A DNA stretch of 63,973 bases, filler included, from Perkinsus olseni (taxonomy: Eukaryota): assembly GCA_013115125.1 (NCBI GenBank). It is 4 parts of 4 records of this genome, joined end to end, with 100 filler letters (N's around TTAATTAATTAA, not from the genome) between each part and the next. Parts side by side here need not be neighbours in the genome. Positions count along the whole stretch, not along the records: positions 16,877 to 33,613 come from JABANN010000671.1; positions 33,714 to 50,445 come from JABANN010000672.1; 2 more parts are not named here. One strand, written 5' to 3'. Position 1 is the first letter of the stretch; every line of letters starts with the position of its first letter. Shown piece after piece: positions 26,201 through 38,559 of this stretch. The notes below the pieces were generated by a model that searched no databases, was not told where the DNA came from, and worked only from the letters and a program-made list of their open reading frames with translations. The position numbers and the translations under genes were made by a program.

Positions 26201-29200
26201 GGATTGCGAGGGACTTGGCCGCTTTGCGCCGGAACCGAGACCAGTCCACTTTAAAGCACAAAGTTTCAAGGTCCAGGTCTCCGTGGTCATCCCGGGCGAC
26301 GACGAAGCTCCTTCGAACGTCATAGACTTTGGCGACATTCGAGTCGGTCAGGTGGCTGAGAGGTCCTTCGAGCTCACCAATGACGGTGAGCATGCTGTGG
26401 ACCACTCTCTCGTAGTGAGAGGCAAGAAGATGCGGAAACTGCTGTCGGTGGACCCTGCGAGATCCACGCTCGAACCCGGGCAACGTCAGACGGTTAAGGC
26501 AGCTCTAGTCTGCCCGAGAGCCATGTCGGTCGTCAAGAGCCCGGAGATTTTCATGAAACTTGTAGAGAGTCGGACAAAGGAGGAGGTGAAACCCGAGATG
26601 CCTCCCTTCAGGATAAGTGCAGATGCTCAGTTCAATCGTGTGACGGTCAGTCCGTCGGCGGAGATTGATTTCGGACCCCTCGTGGCGGGTGAGACCGCTA
26701 GTGAGACCATTAAAGTCACCAACGATGGGGTCTTCGAAATACCATGGTCGCTCTTCGACTTGAGCAAGCCGCCGGAAACCCCCAGAGACGAGACTCTCGA
26801 GGCGCAATCAACGTTGTCAGTTGGCCCCTTCAATGTGGCACCTGCAAGCGGGACTCTGCCGCCCGGGGAGACAGCAGAGGTGACGATTGCGTTCGATGCT
26901 CTCGAAGAGAACAGCTATTCCTCCAAACTCGGCCTGCTGGTTGAGGGAACGGAGTCTGGAGAGCCTCTCCAGATCAGACTGTCGGGCGAGAGCTACATTC
27001 CGGGGATAGATACCGAAAATATGCACCTGCTGTTCGAGGAACAGTTCACCAGCAGGACGAGAGAAGACGCCGAGGCGATAGTCGGGTCCGCTGATCTCCG
27101 CGTGTATTGCGAGGACGAGAAGCTCTTCAGCTACGGGCCAATCGTGACAACCCGGTCTGTGACGGAGCGCTTCAGATTGTCCAATCCAACGGGCATCACC
27201 GTCGATGTCGAATGCAAGCTCGAGGACGTGGATAAAGACACTCCGTTCACTCTGTCACCGCCACAACTGAGTATCCCTCCCTTCGAGTACCGGTATGTGA
27301 CTATGACCTTCAGTCCTCAAGAGGTTGGAACTTTCGACGGGCGATTCTCCGCGGTAGTTCCTAAGGGAACTGACCCCTCTACGAACAGCCTGTCCTTCAA
27401 CGTGAAGGGTGAAGGTGTGGTGCCTTCACTGGAGCTGAAAGCCCCAGCTTTCACCAGCATTGACTCGAGTACTCTTGGCTTTGATTTTGGCGAGTTGCCG
27501 ATCGGAGCGTCACGGGAAGTGTCCCTTGCCCTCACCAACGAGCATCGCACAGATGCCACGTACAGACTCGAACGCAGCGGATCTGGCATGAGGTCCTTCT
27601 CCGTCACGGGACCAGTGAATGGCACGTTGAAGCCTGGAGAGACACGGCACATCAGAGTGAGCTTCGTCCCTGTGGCAGCGTCCGACGGCGATGAGTTTGT
27701 GCTGAGACTTGTCACCGTACACAACGACAATGAGAGTCGCTTGCTGAAGTTGAACGGTCGCGGCGTGACGCTTCCAGCAGAGTGGGTGCTCCCTCGAGGC
27801 ACAGGAGAGATCGATGGCGCATACAATCCTCACGACCTCCTCGATATTGGAGACATCCCTATCGGGTCTGAGAAGCAGCTCACGCTCGGGCTGAGGAATG
27901 TGTCTGGTTCCACACATAGGTTCGAGATGGTGGATATAGCGGACCCTCAGCTGCGGGGTTGCATCGACATCATGCCCTCGGCCGGACACGTACCGGCGGG
28001 AGAGACTAAGACGCTCAGGCTACGGATGAGACCAACGGACAAGATGATCCTGGAGAAGGCCACCCTGCTCTTCAGTTTGGTGGCTATCGACGTGGAGCGT
28101 CGGGGTGTGCCGTGGGATAACTTGCAGCAAGTTCGGGCCTCTGCCAGCGATGATGCAGCTACCCGGCCTGAACCTCCCTACGCCGCTCTGAGCGACGCCG
28201 CGGTCGAGCTGCCACTGAAGCTGTCGGCCAGGTCCGATTCGATAAGTTACGTGTGCAGCCAGGAGGAGAGAGTTGTCTTCTCTACCACTGTTCTCTACCA
28301 TGCGAGACAACACATCTTCGTGCTGGAAAATGCCTCGGAGATTTCCTTCGATTACTCCTGGAGGCTCGTCAATGCCGCCGCCGCCGCCCGCTCGACAGCT
28401 CATCGTGCATTCACAGTCGTCAGGCCTCAGTCAGGGACACTGCAAGCTCGAACGAAGCTCGATGTTGCCCTTCGATTCAGCCCAACGGAAGTATGTGACT
28501 TCTCTACTGTCCGGTTGGAGCTCATGCTGCCGCAAAAGGATGAAGCAACACCTGCCATGTCCCTTGCGCTCGATGCCTCGGCCACGTGCCCGGTGTGTCA
28601 CTTCGAGATTCTCGACTGTCCCACCCTGCCCGGGCGTGATGATGTCAGAATCATTGAGTTCGAATCGCTCGGCACAGGCGTCCGAAACCGCAGACGCTTC
28701 AGCGTACTCAACACGACCAAGGAGAGGTACCGCTTCTTCTGGGTCGATCACCGCCAAGCTCTGCCCGACGGCTGCGCTACTGATGATGCTGCCGGTGGTG
28801 CTGGAGGGGAAGCCACAGCGATGGGCGGCAGCCTACAGCCTTTCGGTTGCGTAACGCGTGATGGCGAAATCGCCAGCGGGAAGAAGTATGAGATGGAACT
28901 CCTCTACACTCCGATGAGCTACGGCCGTCACGAAAGCTTCTGGACGTTCCGCGTACCATCACAGAACCTGGTGGTCCCCTTCCAGTTCAAAGGAGTGGTT
29001 CGAGAGCCCAGAGTTGATGTCGACTCGCCCAGTCTCAACTTCGGCAAAGTACGCCTGTGGATGCTGACTCTGTCGAATTACCGCTTGCCATCATCTAACC
29101 GGGCGTTCGTCGCTCTCAGGTTCTGGTAAACTACGAGACTCGCCGCACAGTGAACCTCGTGAACCGAGAGCATTTACCATTCCAGTTCGTGATCGACTCA

Positions 29201-30959
29201 GCGAGCTGGTTTGATAATGCACTGTCAATATCACCTATGAAAGGTACGTGTACCCTCAGTTGCCATGCAGCCTCTGTACTATCGATCACACGCTCCCGAA
29301 GAGGCCTTGTGCAGGTGTCGTCAGCCCCGGCGGCAAGTTGGCCATCACAGTCACGTTCAAGCCTTCGGAGGAGAAGCTCTACAACTTCAACATCATCGCC
29401 AATGTCAAGAGAAAAGTAAGCTAGTCAACCTCTTGTCGCTGTTCTTACACAGTCGCATCAGGCGGAGCCCGTCGTGCTGAACGTCAAAGGCAGCGCTTAC
29501 AAGATCAAATCAACAATGACGTTGCTTGCTGCGCCTGACGCTGAGTCCGGGCAGGAGCTCTTCTCGAAAGTCCCCGCAAACCATGACTTTGGATCGCTGC
29601 AGGTGGGAAGGTCAAGTGAACCCCATCCCTTCTTCAAGTGATGCGATCTAGGTTATGGAAAAAAGGTCAGCATACCTCTCCTTGAGGAATCAGTCTTGTT
29701 TTGAACTAGAGTACCTCATACAGCTCCGGACTGCCACTCGACACGGCATGATGCAGGCGAGGGCCAGCCTTGTCCTTGTCGAGCTCTGAGCGTGCTCCTG
29801 TCTCTGATACAGGTACCGAGCAACCCTCGGATGGGTCTAGTCCCGCCCTACGTACGAGTGTCGCCAACGCATGGATCGGCTGCTGTTGATGAGCCGACGC
29901 TCATCGAAGTTGAGTACTCCCCTCCCGATACCCACATCCTGCAGGGAACTACGCTGAAGGTGGTGACCGCGAGTGGGTATTTGGCTCAGCCAGCGGAGTT
30001 ATGTCAGGTCCTCCTCGTCGGAGGCAGTGGCCCCGGCCAGAATGTATATACCATTGACCTCTCTGGCAGCTCCAGAAGGCCGGCTGTTGATTTGTCATTC
30101 ACCGAGAAAGACTTCGGTCCCACTTTCATGCTCCAGTCAGAAACCTCTTCGGACGTGATTGGTACGTCGGATCATCTCGGCAGGTTTATCCCACGTCAGA
30201 GTATTCTCCTTCAGAACGGCCGACCAGCGGTTACTTTGGCAGTCGGGCTGATCTCGTCATAACCAACAGAGATGCCGCGGTCTGTGGCATAACAGCAGCA
30301 AAGCTCGAAGATGTCGAGGAATTCATTATTGACCTGCCCGAGGATCTGGAAATTGGTGTCGGAGAGTCGTTCACAATGCCAATCATATTTGCCCCTCGGG
30401 AACTCAGCGTTTACACGGAGACGCTGGAGTTGACTTTGAACGGCTGTACGAAGATGAACCTCCGACTGAAGGGTACGGCTGTTCCTGTCGGTAGTGCACA
30501 GCACTGGACTCCTGCTCAGGTCGAGGCGTCCCACTTTACCTGGAAACGGAGTCGCCCGAAATGCAAGTTGTGGATTTTGGACATGTATCCTCCGAAAAAG
30601 CCCAGACCGTGGTTAAAGACGTTGTGCTGGTCAACCGTTCCGCCGCAAGCGTCACATTTACTTTAGCAGATCTCAACGTAAGCTGTCGCAGACTTGTCAT
30701 CAGCCGCCGCCGTAATCGTCATTCTGTCAGGATAATCTTAGCGACAAATATGTGTCTTGGCAACCAACAGGCCCCGTCGTACTCAAGCGGCGAGAGAAGA
30801 TGCAGATTCGGATATCGTTCTGTCCTGAATCACGGTTCCGACCTTTCTTGTTGCCTTTATATGCGAAGCTGACTGGTCCATTCCCCGAGGAAGACTTTTC
30901 AGTGCGTGTCCTCAATGTCAAGGCAGCCGCTTACTCCTCGACGCCGGGACCAGCGAGAG
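17247..30959 (+). CDS. HYDIN: Hydin (axonemal central-pair protein), large internal part, multi-exon
   Basis: Many ASH/Ig-like repeats (xDFGxV...xLxNx...xxPxxGxLxPG), P-loop IILLGPPKTGKTT with YRLDLPDCNAGVVWD, and Hydin-typical EQTRWVIPA and FDFGPLLAG; N- and C-termini are absent. Confidence 0.93.
22351..23180 (-). mobile_element. LTR-retrotransposon 3' relic (ORF tail, PPT, LTR) inside a ~1.05-kb Hydin intron
   Basis: Intron 22332-23382 is about 20x the local norm. On the minus strand an ORF tail (..HHYNTRLQPK..) runs into the purine tract GAGGAGGGCGAGGGGAGGAGA, then TGCCC at 22712 and an AT-rich repeat; the LTR end is uncertain. Confidence 0.55.
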
Positions 30960-32899
30960 GTGAGCAATTGGCGATTGCTGTCTACAAGTCTCAGGGCGTT
31001 GTTTAAGGTTGACTCGCAGCAGGCTCGGAGATTTTAAGGGAACGCCATGTGTTGCTCTGGCATCATCTTCTCACGGCATGCGAGTGACTGCTGTGGATAG
31101 CATGGCTTGACGTATAATGATAGTGTGTTGCGTAGGTCAGTCTTACCCCTTCATTAGCCCTGAGAGCGATCTCGTTTTTGGCCTCGCAACGCTCGTTGAA
31201 GCCCTTTACTCGAGGATCTTTCCATCTCACATCCTGACATTATCTAGAAAACTGGTTTGACCGATGGTTTATTCGGAAAATCTAGCGCTACTGACAATGA
31301 ACTAGCGCTAGTGTTCCCCTAGGGAGAATTCCTGTTACGTAGATGATGCTGGGAGATACAGCACGAATTGCTCGTTGGTGGTCGCGTCACGGTAAGGGGA
31401 TCACTTCGGTACAGTCACCGGACCGGGGATCTCCGAGAAGCTAGATATGACTATTCCCTATTCGAGCCGACTTCCGTCATGACTGTACCCCACGCTAATA
31501 ACGCCGCCAGAGGGAAGGCCTGACAAGGCAGCTATAAACCGCGTGCGAGCAGAGTCGGACTTGCCAAAGTTGCTCCCGCACGCAATTAGATGGATTCAGG
31601 AAATTCGGGTGTGTTTGCGCGTTCGTAGGCGGGCAGGGGAAAGTTTCCATCACGCGGCGACTCCTAGCTCGGGAGTCTTGGCTGAATATGTTCGGCTTGA
31701 GCTATGACGACTCACCTTCTGTAGAGGTTTCTGGCGAGCACTTTCTGTGCGCATCGAGCTGCTATGATTTGGTAGTCACTGATCACGACAAGCAACTAGA
31801 ACCGAAAATTATAATAGGAGGAGAATATCCTACGAGTTCGTGAAGAGCTCTCCATCGTGGGCCGTGCTGACCCGCCAAGAACAACTCATCCAAACTCAGA
31901 ACGTTTTACGCAGAATCGTAGAAGCACTCGGGAAGAAAGCCATCGGAACCAAAAGAGAAGACGGCAAGGGCAGAAGTCGCTTCGAAAAAGGTAGAACAGA
32001 TCAAGTGGTAGTCGATTATAGGAGATGGCTCTTCTCGAGTTATCTGAACTTGCGGTACACGGCAGCACCGACGCTGATGATTGCCAGGAGACGAACAACG
32101 GCCAACCAGTGGGGCACCTTCGACAGTGGGAACGAAGGTTTATACCATTTGGTTCGACCGCACGACAGTTATGCGAAGAATAGAAACTACTTCCCTGCAA
32201 GCCCACTCCGAGATGGCTCCTCCCGAACCTAAGTGATTACTGTACTCCAAAAGGTCCCTACTCAAAGCATATCTTTTTTCCAGACCGTATGTATTCACAC
32301 CGCGCCACCAAGAAGTGTATTTTGATTTGGTTGGCTTGATCTCGACGACTAAGAGGTTTGGTAGGGAAAGATAATAATTTAGAACTCAAGACCTCACTAA
32401 GATTTCAGAACACGTTTTGAAATTTTCAACGTACAGTTACCAGAAAATACAACAGGAAACCGCATCACGCGCTCAACATACACTCAGTTCCGGAAATATA
32501 CTCATATTTCGGACAGCGAGTGACCAAAAATGAAAACCATAACATGAGAGTTCTTGGTCAGAACAGTTAGAAATGATGGGAACAATCTTCACTTAAGTCT
32601 GAGATAATAGCGACAGAGAGAAATAAGGTATTCTCTGTATCATCACAACTCGTGACTTACCGGAGTAAGTGCAACCCCACTGCTGCGGGACACTTAACTC
32701 ACCCGAGAAGAGAAAAAAACTACCAATATCTACGGAGAGGATAGCAGATGTTGATCGTAGCTCTAAAAATGACATCAGATGTCGGACAGTTTATTGGTTT
32801 CAAATGAAAGTAGTATGCAAGTTAGATGGACACACGTGGACAGTCCTGATACATGACGGTATATCAGAATCAGCCTGCCATAATAGTCACCTATCCAGA

Positions 32900-33613
32900 C
32901 TAGTGTGGACACTCACAAGGCGTATCAGTGCCAACGCACACACTCGGGATCTGCCAATACTTGCAGTAGGTGCCAGGATGGACGGAATCACAGAAATCGT
33001 CACATTGAAGATCTCCACTACAGGGGGTGGTATTTGTTGGGGTAGCTGTTGTTGTAGCGCACGCCTTAGTTGTAGACAGTACCGATGTCGTACTGTGGGA
33101 AGCCGTTGTAGTGCGATCCCCTGTAGAAACAACACCACTGGTAGTATCACCACAAGAGCAGGCAACGTTAGTTCCACTGCATACGCTGGGATATTTGTAG
33201 TACATACAATAGCTACCACTAGATATTGAATCGCAGAAGGCATCACACATGAGACCGTCACTGCTACTGCTAGTGGTGGTGCTAGGAGTGGTGGACGCAG
33301 TCGTCGTCGTCCTCGTAGTAGTGCTGGTAGTCGTAGTGGTGCTAGGAGTAGTAGACGTGGTCGTCGTCGTGCTCGTAGTGGTGCTAGGAGTAGTAGACGT
33401 GGTCGTCGTCGTGCTCGTAGTGGTGCTAGGAGTAGTAGACGTGGTCGTCGTCGTGCTCGTAGTGGTGCTAGGAGTAGTAGACGTGGTCGTCGTCGTGCTC
33501 GTAGTGGTGCTAGGAGTAGTAGACGTGGTCGTCGTCGTGCTCGTAGTGGTGCTAGGAGTAGTAGACGTGGTCGTCGTCGTGCTCGTAGTGGTGCTAGGAG
33601 TAGTAGACGTGGT
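32900..33613 (-). CDS. C-terminal part of a mucin-like Thr/Ser-rich protein with two six-Cys modules
   Basis: Thr/Ser repeats followed by CDAFCDSISSGSYCMYYKYPSVCSGTNVACSC and CDDFCDSVHPGTYCKYWQIPSVCVGTDTPCEC; truncated by the contig end. Confidence 0.8.
   Translation of the reverse strand, partial: TTSTTPSTTTSTTTTTSTTPSTTTSTTTTTSTTPSTTTSTTTTTSTTPSTTTSTTTTTSTTPSTTTSTTTTTSTTPSTTTSTTTTTSTTPSTTTTTSTTTRTTTTASTTPSTTTSSSSDGLMCDAFCDSISSGSYCMYYKYPSVCSGTNVACSCGDTTSGVVSTGDRTTTASHSTTSVLSTTKACATTTATPTNTTPCSGDLQCDDFCDSVHPGTYCKYWQIPSVCVGTDTPCECPH
33333..33613. repeat. 42-bp coding tandem repeat (~6.7 perfect copies)
   Basis: Unit gtagtggtgctaggagtagtagacgtggtcgtcgtcgtgctc encodes STTTTTSTTPSTTT on the minus strand. 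Confidence 0.95.
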
Positions 33614-33713
33614 NNNNNNNNNNNNNNNNNNNNNNNNNNNNNNNNNNNNNNNNNNNNTTAATTAATTAANNNNNNNNNNNNNNNNNNNNNNNNNNNNNNN
33701 NNNNNNNNNNNNN
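33614..33713. other. Artificial contig linker
   Basis: N44-TTAATTAATTAA-N44. Confidence 0.99.
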
Positions 33714-34559
33714 TGTGAATATCTACGCATTACTGCTATCCCGATTGCCTCTCTCTCCCAATCTCCTGTGCACAGGCGGCTTCATGGAGGTGTCCAGTTC
33801 TCCTTCAGGATGGGCCTCAGAGCTCACTGGCTCTGTGGTCTCTCCGGAACCGTCCGTTTGGATAATCTCGGGAAGGGCCATGCTCAGCCGGTCCACTGGG
33901 ATCTGATCGCCGGTTGTGCGCAACAAGGACTTAACATTACTGAGCGACATGTCGAGTAGAGAATGTATGACGATGATTGGCGATGACTGACCGTTATGAG
34001 ACGGTTTCTAGCGTAACGCGAAACGCTTTGTGCAGGCGTGGTGCACAAATTGTAGCTTCCGTTGGTGCTGCCGGATTCGAACAGATGTTAGTGACTGAGG
34101 CCCACTGGTAGTTTATTACGGACGTACGCCCCTTCACGTAGTGTGTAACTCATAATCGAAGAAGCTGAGCATGGGCATCACATTCGAATGCCATAACCTT
34201 GGTAACACCGCAACCTGAGGCGTGGCTGCCCTTAATCATGCACTCGAGGACCTTCACTCATCTATTGCATACTAACCATGTCGCCAATAGGTGAAGTGCG
34301 AATATATTTGCCGGTCTTAATTGAAGCAGCATGATTACTTGGTTACGGTGGTTGTGCGTCGTGTTTCCGTCATTACCCACTCTTACAGGCCCGTGATGAG
34401 ATTCAATTTTGTTTGCCGTTATTGGTGTTAGTGTATCGCCTTTGGCTCACAAATATGAATGCTGTATTAAATCGTCTGTGGCTGTATGAAGCTTTGAGCA
34501 GTGTATAAGGCCTGTCTACTGGCAATGCTATCGGACTTAGGGAGGTCTTGATGAGACCG

Positions 34560-37100
34560 GTCGTGTCAGGTCGGTGCATTACTCGTGTGACGTTCTGGCA
34601 GCGGAGGCAGCAGAGCGTGCGAGGGAGGAGCAGGAAGCTTTGAGACGGAAGAACAGGGTAGGGTGGGCTGGGTGGATGTCTGCCAGGATGGGCTGCTGTG
34701 CAGAATAAAGTGACCTGGGAGGATGGGCCTTCTGGGAAGGGGGATATGAGGAAAAAGAGATGGATTACGAAAGGAACGGTATGTCATTCGGAGGCGTATC
34801 TTTGGTTGAAGCAAGGACTTGATACCACTGCAAGATTCTCGCTAGCGGAGCGAAGCTGTTGAAGTGTTTTGGCTGTCAGATTATGTTGGGTAGAATGAAG
34901 GAGGCAGGGAGGGAGAGCTCGGACGCTAAACTCGGGTACGGAGTGCGAGAAGGTCCACCGGTGAAGGTCGGGATAGACTTCTCCAGACGGAGGGTTCCGA
35001 AGCCACTTGGTAGGTTTGGGTGGTATCGAGGTGACGCACTTTTCTGTGTTTTTTGTTCCGATCTGCATCAGGGGTTTTCTGATGTCGTTTGGGGGGTTGT
35101 GAGCATTTGGACCTGTCGGTAGTCCATTGGGCTGTGAGGCTGCATCTGCTGGGAAGGCATATTTTTTGCGATTTTTTTTTGGAATGGGCGTGAATTTGAC
35201 GCGTGCTAGCTGATTTGGGAAGGTCATTGGTGGAGGGTGAAGTCTCGGAAGAGGGCGCCAGGGTTACGTTCTTTAGGCGATAAGTACGGCGAGAAGGTCG
35301 GATGGATGGGAGGGCAGCTGGGGAAGTTGGACAAGGGATGTGGGGGAGGGGGAGGGGCGGTTGATGTGTACAGAGAGGCTGATGTGGGTAGGGAGTTCGA
35401 GGCGAGGATGAGGGGAAATCACGCAGCAGCGAGCTTCAATGTAAGTGGGAAAACGACAGGTGCGGGGATCGAACTCGGGTGTATGGTAGGTTCAAAGCGG
35501 CTGTTATGTGCCAAGGCTGGAGGCGAATGATGTCAGAGGAGAGCTGAATCGGATGGGGTTACTCATCGGCGAACCTGCGGAGCCAGCGTAAGTCGAGTTG
35601 CGATTGTTGTGGTATGAGTATTGTGTGGTTCAGGCCGTGGCGGCATACGGCGGTGGGAGGCAGTAGCGGTGAGAAGTACGTGGAGGAGAGGGACTTCGAT
35701 CTGTGGAGACAGCGGGGGAGGGGGGAGAGGGTTGCATGATGGTTAAGGATGTTGAGGTCACTTGGCGTTGGGTTTAGTGTGAAGCTAAGAGGGGTTGGGT
35801 AGAGGTCTGTGGAGGGGACTTGGTCAGCGTCGCGCGCCACGAAATTAGGGGACAGTTGGGTTTAATTGATTAATACCAAAACATTCCCACTTTATTGAGA
35901 GCGAAGGTGGTACCCCACATGTCTATCAGAGGTAGCGCTAAAGGTAGTGAGGGGAGGACGATGATAGCAGCCTCAGGTCCTTTCCCGACTAGTAGGTCGG
36001 GTAGTAGATCTGGCCCTGCACGAGTTACGGCAGGAAGCCCTACGAAGTCGTATGACCCAACGGCCTGGGCCGACAAGAAAAGGCTTGCGGTAATGGTGTA
36101 TTGGGGGGGGGGGCGCTCTGAAGGATGCTACGAATGGAGTTCCTCGACGCAAATTTACTGTTTTCGAGGCGCGCACTTTCCGTAGATGGAGATAAGAGCT
36201 CACTGGCTGACAGTAGCGATAATAACAGTGAAGCAAATAACGGTCTGAGTTTCAAGTCTAATTTGATAGCGTGGCCACCCATGGTAGGGGTTAGCCCACT
36301 GCCTTAGATAGCGAGAGCCGAGAAATTGAAGGTTGAACGGAGGAAGGCGAAGGAGGCCGCGGTGTCGAGGGAAAAGGTCGTAGGGGAGGAGGAGGAGACG
36401 CTGATGGAGGTCCATGATAACGTCAAGTAGTATCTTGGGTTGAAGAGCGATGGAAACAAATTAGGGCGGAGCGAAGCTGCCTTGTTAGTTATAATCCTCT
36501 GTCGTATGTTGACAATGGTAATGCGCGTAAGGAGGAAGACGCTGGAGGGACCCTGCGTGGTGAATCGGAGTTCCTCCGGACTAAGGCGGTGAGGGGAGGG
36601 AGCCATTCCCAGTGTTTAGCAAACTAATTTCTGAAAGTCAGAATGGATTCTGGGATTGATTTTTAGTCCTGTAGTGCGGTACCGTAATCAACTCTGAGTT
36701 TCAAAAGGTTCTGAGGTTCATCGAACAGCTTCATAGACTTCAGCTCGACTCGCGGGGTGATAGAGGGGAGTATCTTAGGTTGAAGAGTATTTAAAACAGG
36801 GAGAAGGGAAGGAGGAGGTTCCTGAGGACGGAGAGAAGACAGGGCCGATGCAATGGGAGTGGATAGGCCCACCTCAGACAGAGGTGGGTGGCAGTACGGG
36901 TCCTAACGGGGGACGGTACTGGTGGTGGGTCGGTAGAAGCTTTCCTCATACATCGCGCTGTGCATGGTACAACAATCGTCACGTCTCTCAGCCGTGCACC
37001 GGCTGGCATCACGCCAATTCTACACAATAGTTGTCTCCAAAAACTCTTCTGTCGCCAGCTGCTGCGGTCTTCTCGTAGTGGGTCTGTAGTGTGAGACGTG
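34560..37100 (-). mobile_element. Highly decayed non-LTR retrotransposon (LINE ORF2 relic)
   Basis: Frameshifted motifs in LINE order: GVMP..DVTIVVP..TDP/QYRP (RT start), WGTTFALNK (late RT), QLRSASENLAV..HFILH (C-terminal region); strong strand-composition skew; no intact YADD found. Confidence 0.45.
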
Positions 37101-37841
37101 TTCCGTACCGTAATTTCCCGAGATCCTGTACGGTTGCCCAGCTCTCTCGTTCAGACTCGACCCGCGGAAGGAGCGGAGAATGGTGGGGTAGGCGAAGAAG
37201 GGAAGGTGATGCAGCAACGCTTCTGGGGTTCGAACCCAGGGCCTGAGGCTAAGCCGTTTGTAGTCGGCCTCTACTCCTGCTGAGCTACGGGATAGTGATG
37301 CAGTGGGAGGGGGTGTGCTGGACGGGAGCGCAGCTGAGCAGCAGCAGCCCGCGGATGCTCTCCCAACGAGCTTGGTAATGCTCTAGAGGATTGATACGCG
37401 CTGAGAATGATCATGCTGCAAGGTCCCGGGTTCGATCCCCGAGCCCGTCACTTTTTCTTTTCCGGAATTGAAAAGGCCTAGTACTTTTCCTGTAGGCGGA
37501 AAAGCTGAGTCGTCGGCGAGAGCCTCCAGCGGGGAGGCAGCCGAAGAGCGGTAGTGTCCGTCCGCGGTTGGTGGAGGGCAGGGGGCCTCCCGAGGGGCAC
37601 CCGCTGCAAACACGCTCCTCCAAACCCCGACTGTTGAACTCCTCCTCGGGCCGAGTGAGAGGTAGAAGGGGGGCTGCCGCTTCTGTTGGCAGCACTGGCA
37701 GGTGCGGCTGTAGCGGAGACGAAGCGTAGCGGGAAATCGAGCGAAGTGAAGACGATCGAAAGGCGGGTGGGAGGCAAGGTAGTAGCAGCTCTTTGCATGC
37801 TTCTTGGCAGGGGTGAGGGGGAGAGGCCTTCTCGGTGAGGG

Positions 37842-38116
37842 GCGCATGCAGGAGCTCCAGTTTGCGCATTGTCTATGACTATATCGCTTTTTTCTGTCGA
37901 ATAATAGGGCGTTAAGGAATGATTTTGTTCTACCAAGTTTTTCGCAACTCTTGTGAAGGGAAACCTTCTTATCTGCGAGCAGACTGCGGTGCACGCGCGC
38001 ATGCAGGAGCTCCGAGTTGCGGTATTGTCTATGGCTTGATCTGTTTCTCTGTCACAAAGCAGAGGTTCAGAATATGATTTTCCCCATACCAAATTTTTTG
38101 CAACTTTCGTGAGGGA
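37842..38116. repeat. Diverged ~155-bp tandem duplication
   Basis: gcgcatgcaggagctcc...attgtctatg...atgatttt...taccaa...gcaact...gtga.ggga at 37842 and 37997. Confidence 0.8.
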
Positions 38117-38559
38117 GGTACGTAATGTTGTGTGTATCAGGTGGCGCCGCCCACTCGTCGTCCGCCCCCGCCCCCGAAGGCTCGAGATGGAGTTAATTCG
38201 GCATCTACCCAGGCCACCACTGCCAGTGGGGATGCTAGGGTGTCCAGGAAGGGGTCGAGTTGTAGTGTAGAGGGGAGCAGGCGGAAGAGGACGGCGGTGG
38301 CAGCTAAGGCCGTACGGGAGGAGGACCCGAGTGAGACCAGGGAAGCTTTAGCGCGCGCCCGATGGTTGATGCATACCGAAAATTACGTAATAGAGTTTTC
38401 TACTGAGGTGAATAGTGAGCTTATTTTTATTGCTATCATAATTGTTCGGGAGAGTGGTCGCCTTAAGAGGCTCCGCAAGCTCTCTCATCGCTGAGGGGAG
38501 GAGTTGGGCGAGTTGTGGTATGGAATGTGGTGTAGTGGAGTTGAGTAGGTACTCGACAG

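Noticed and set aside
31325-32232. ENSCYVDD and a 130-aa ORF suggesting a retroelement relic after Hydin
   Set aside because: No other RT motifs recoverable in order; too weak to call.
33249-33665. Poly-Val hydrophobic ORF on the + strand
   Set aside because: Antisense shadow of the Thr-rich repeat.
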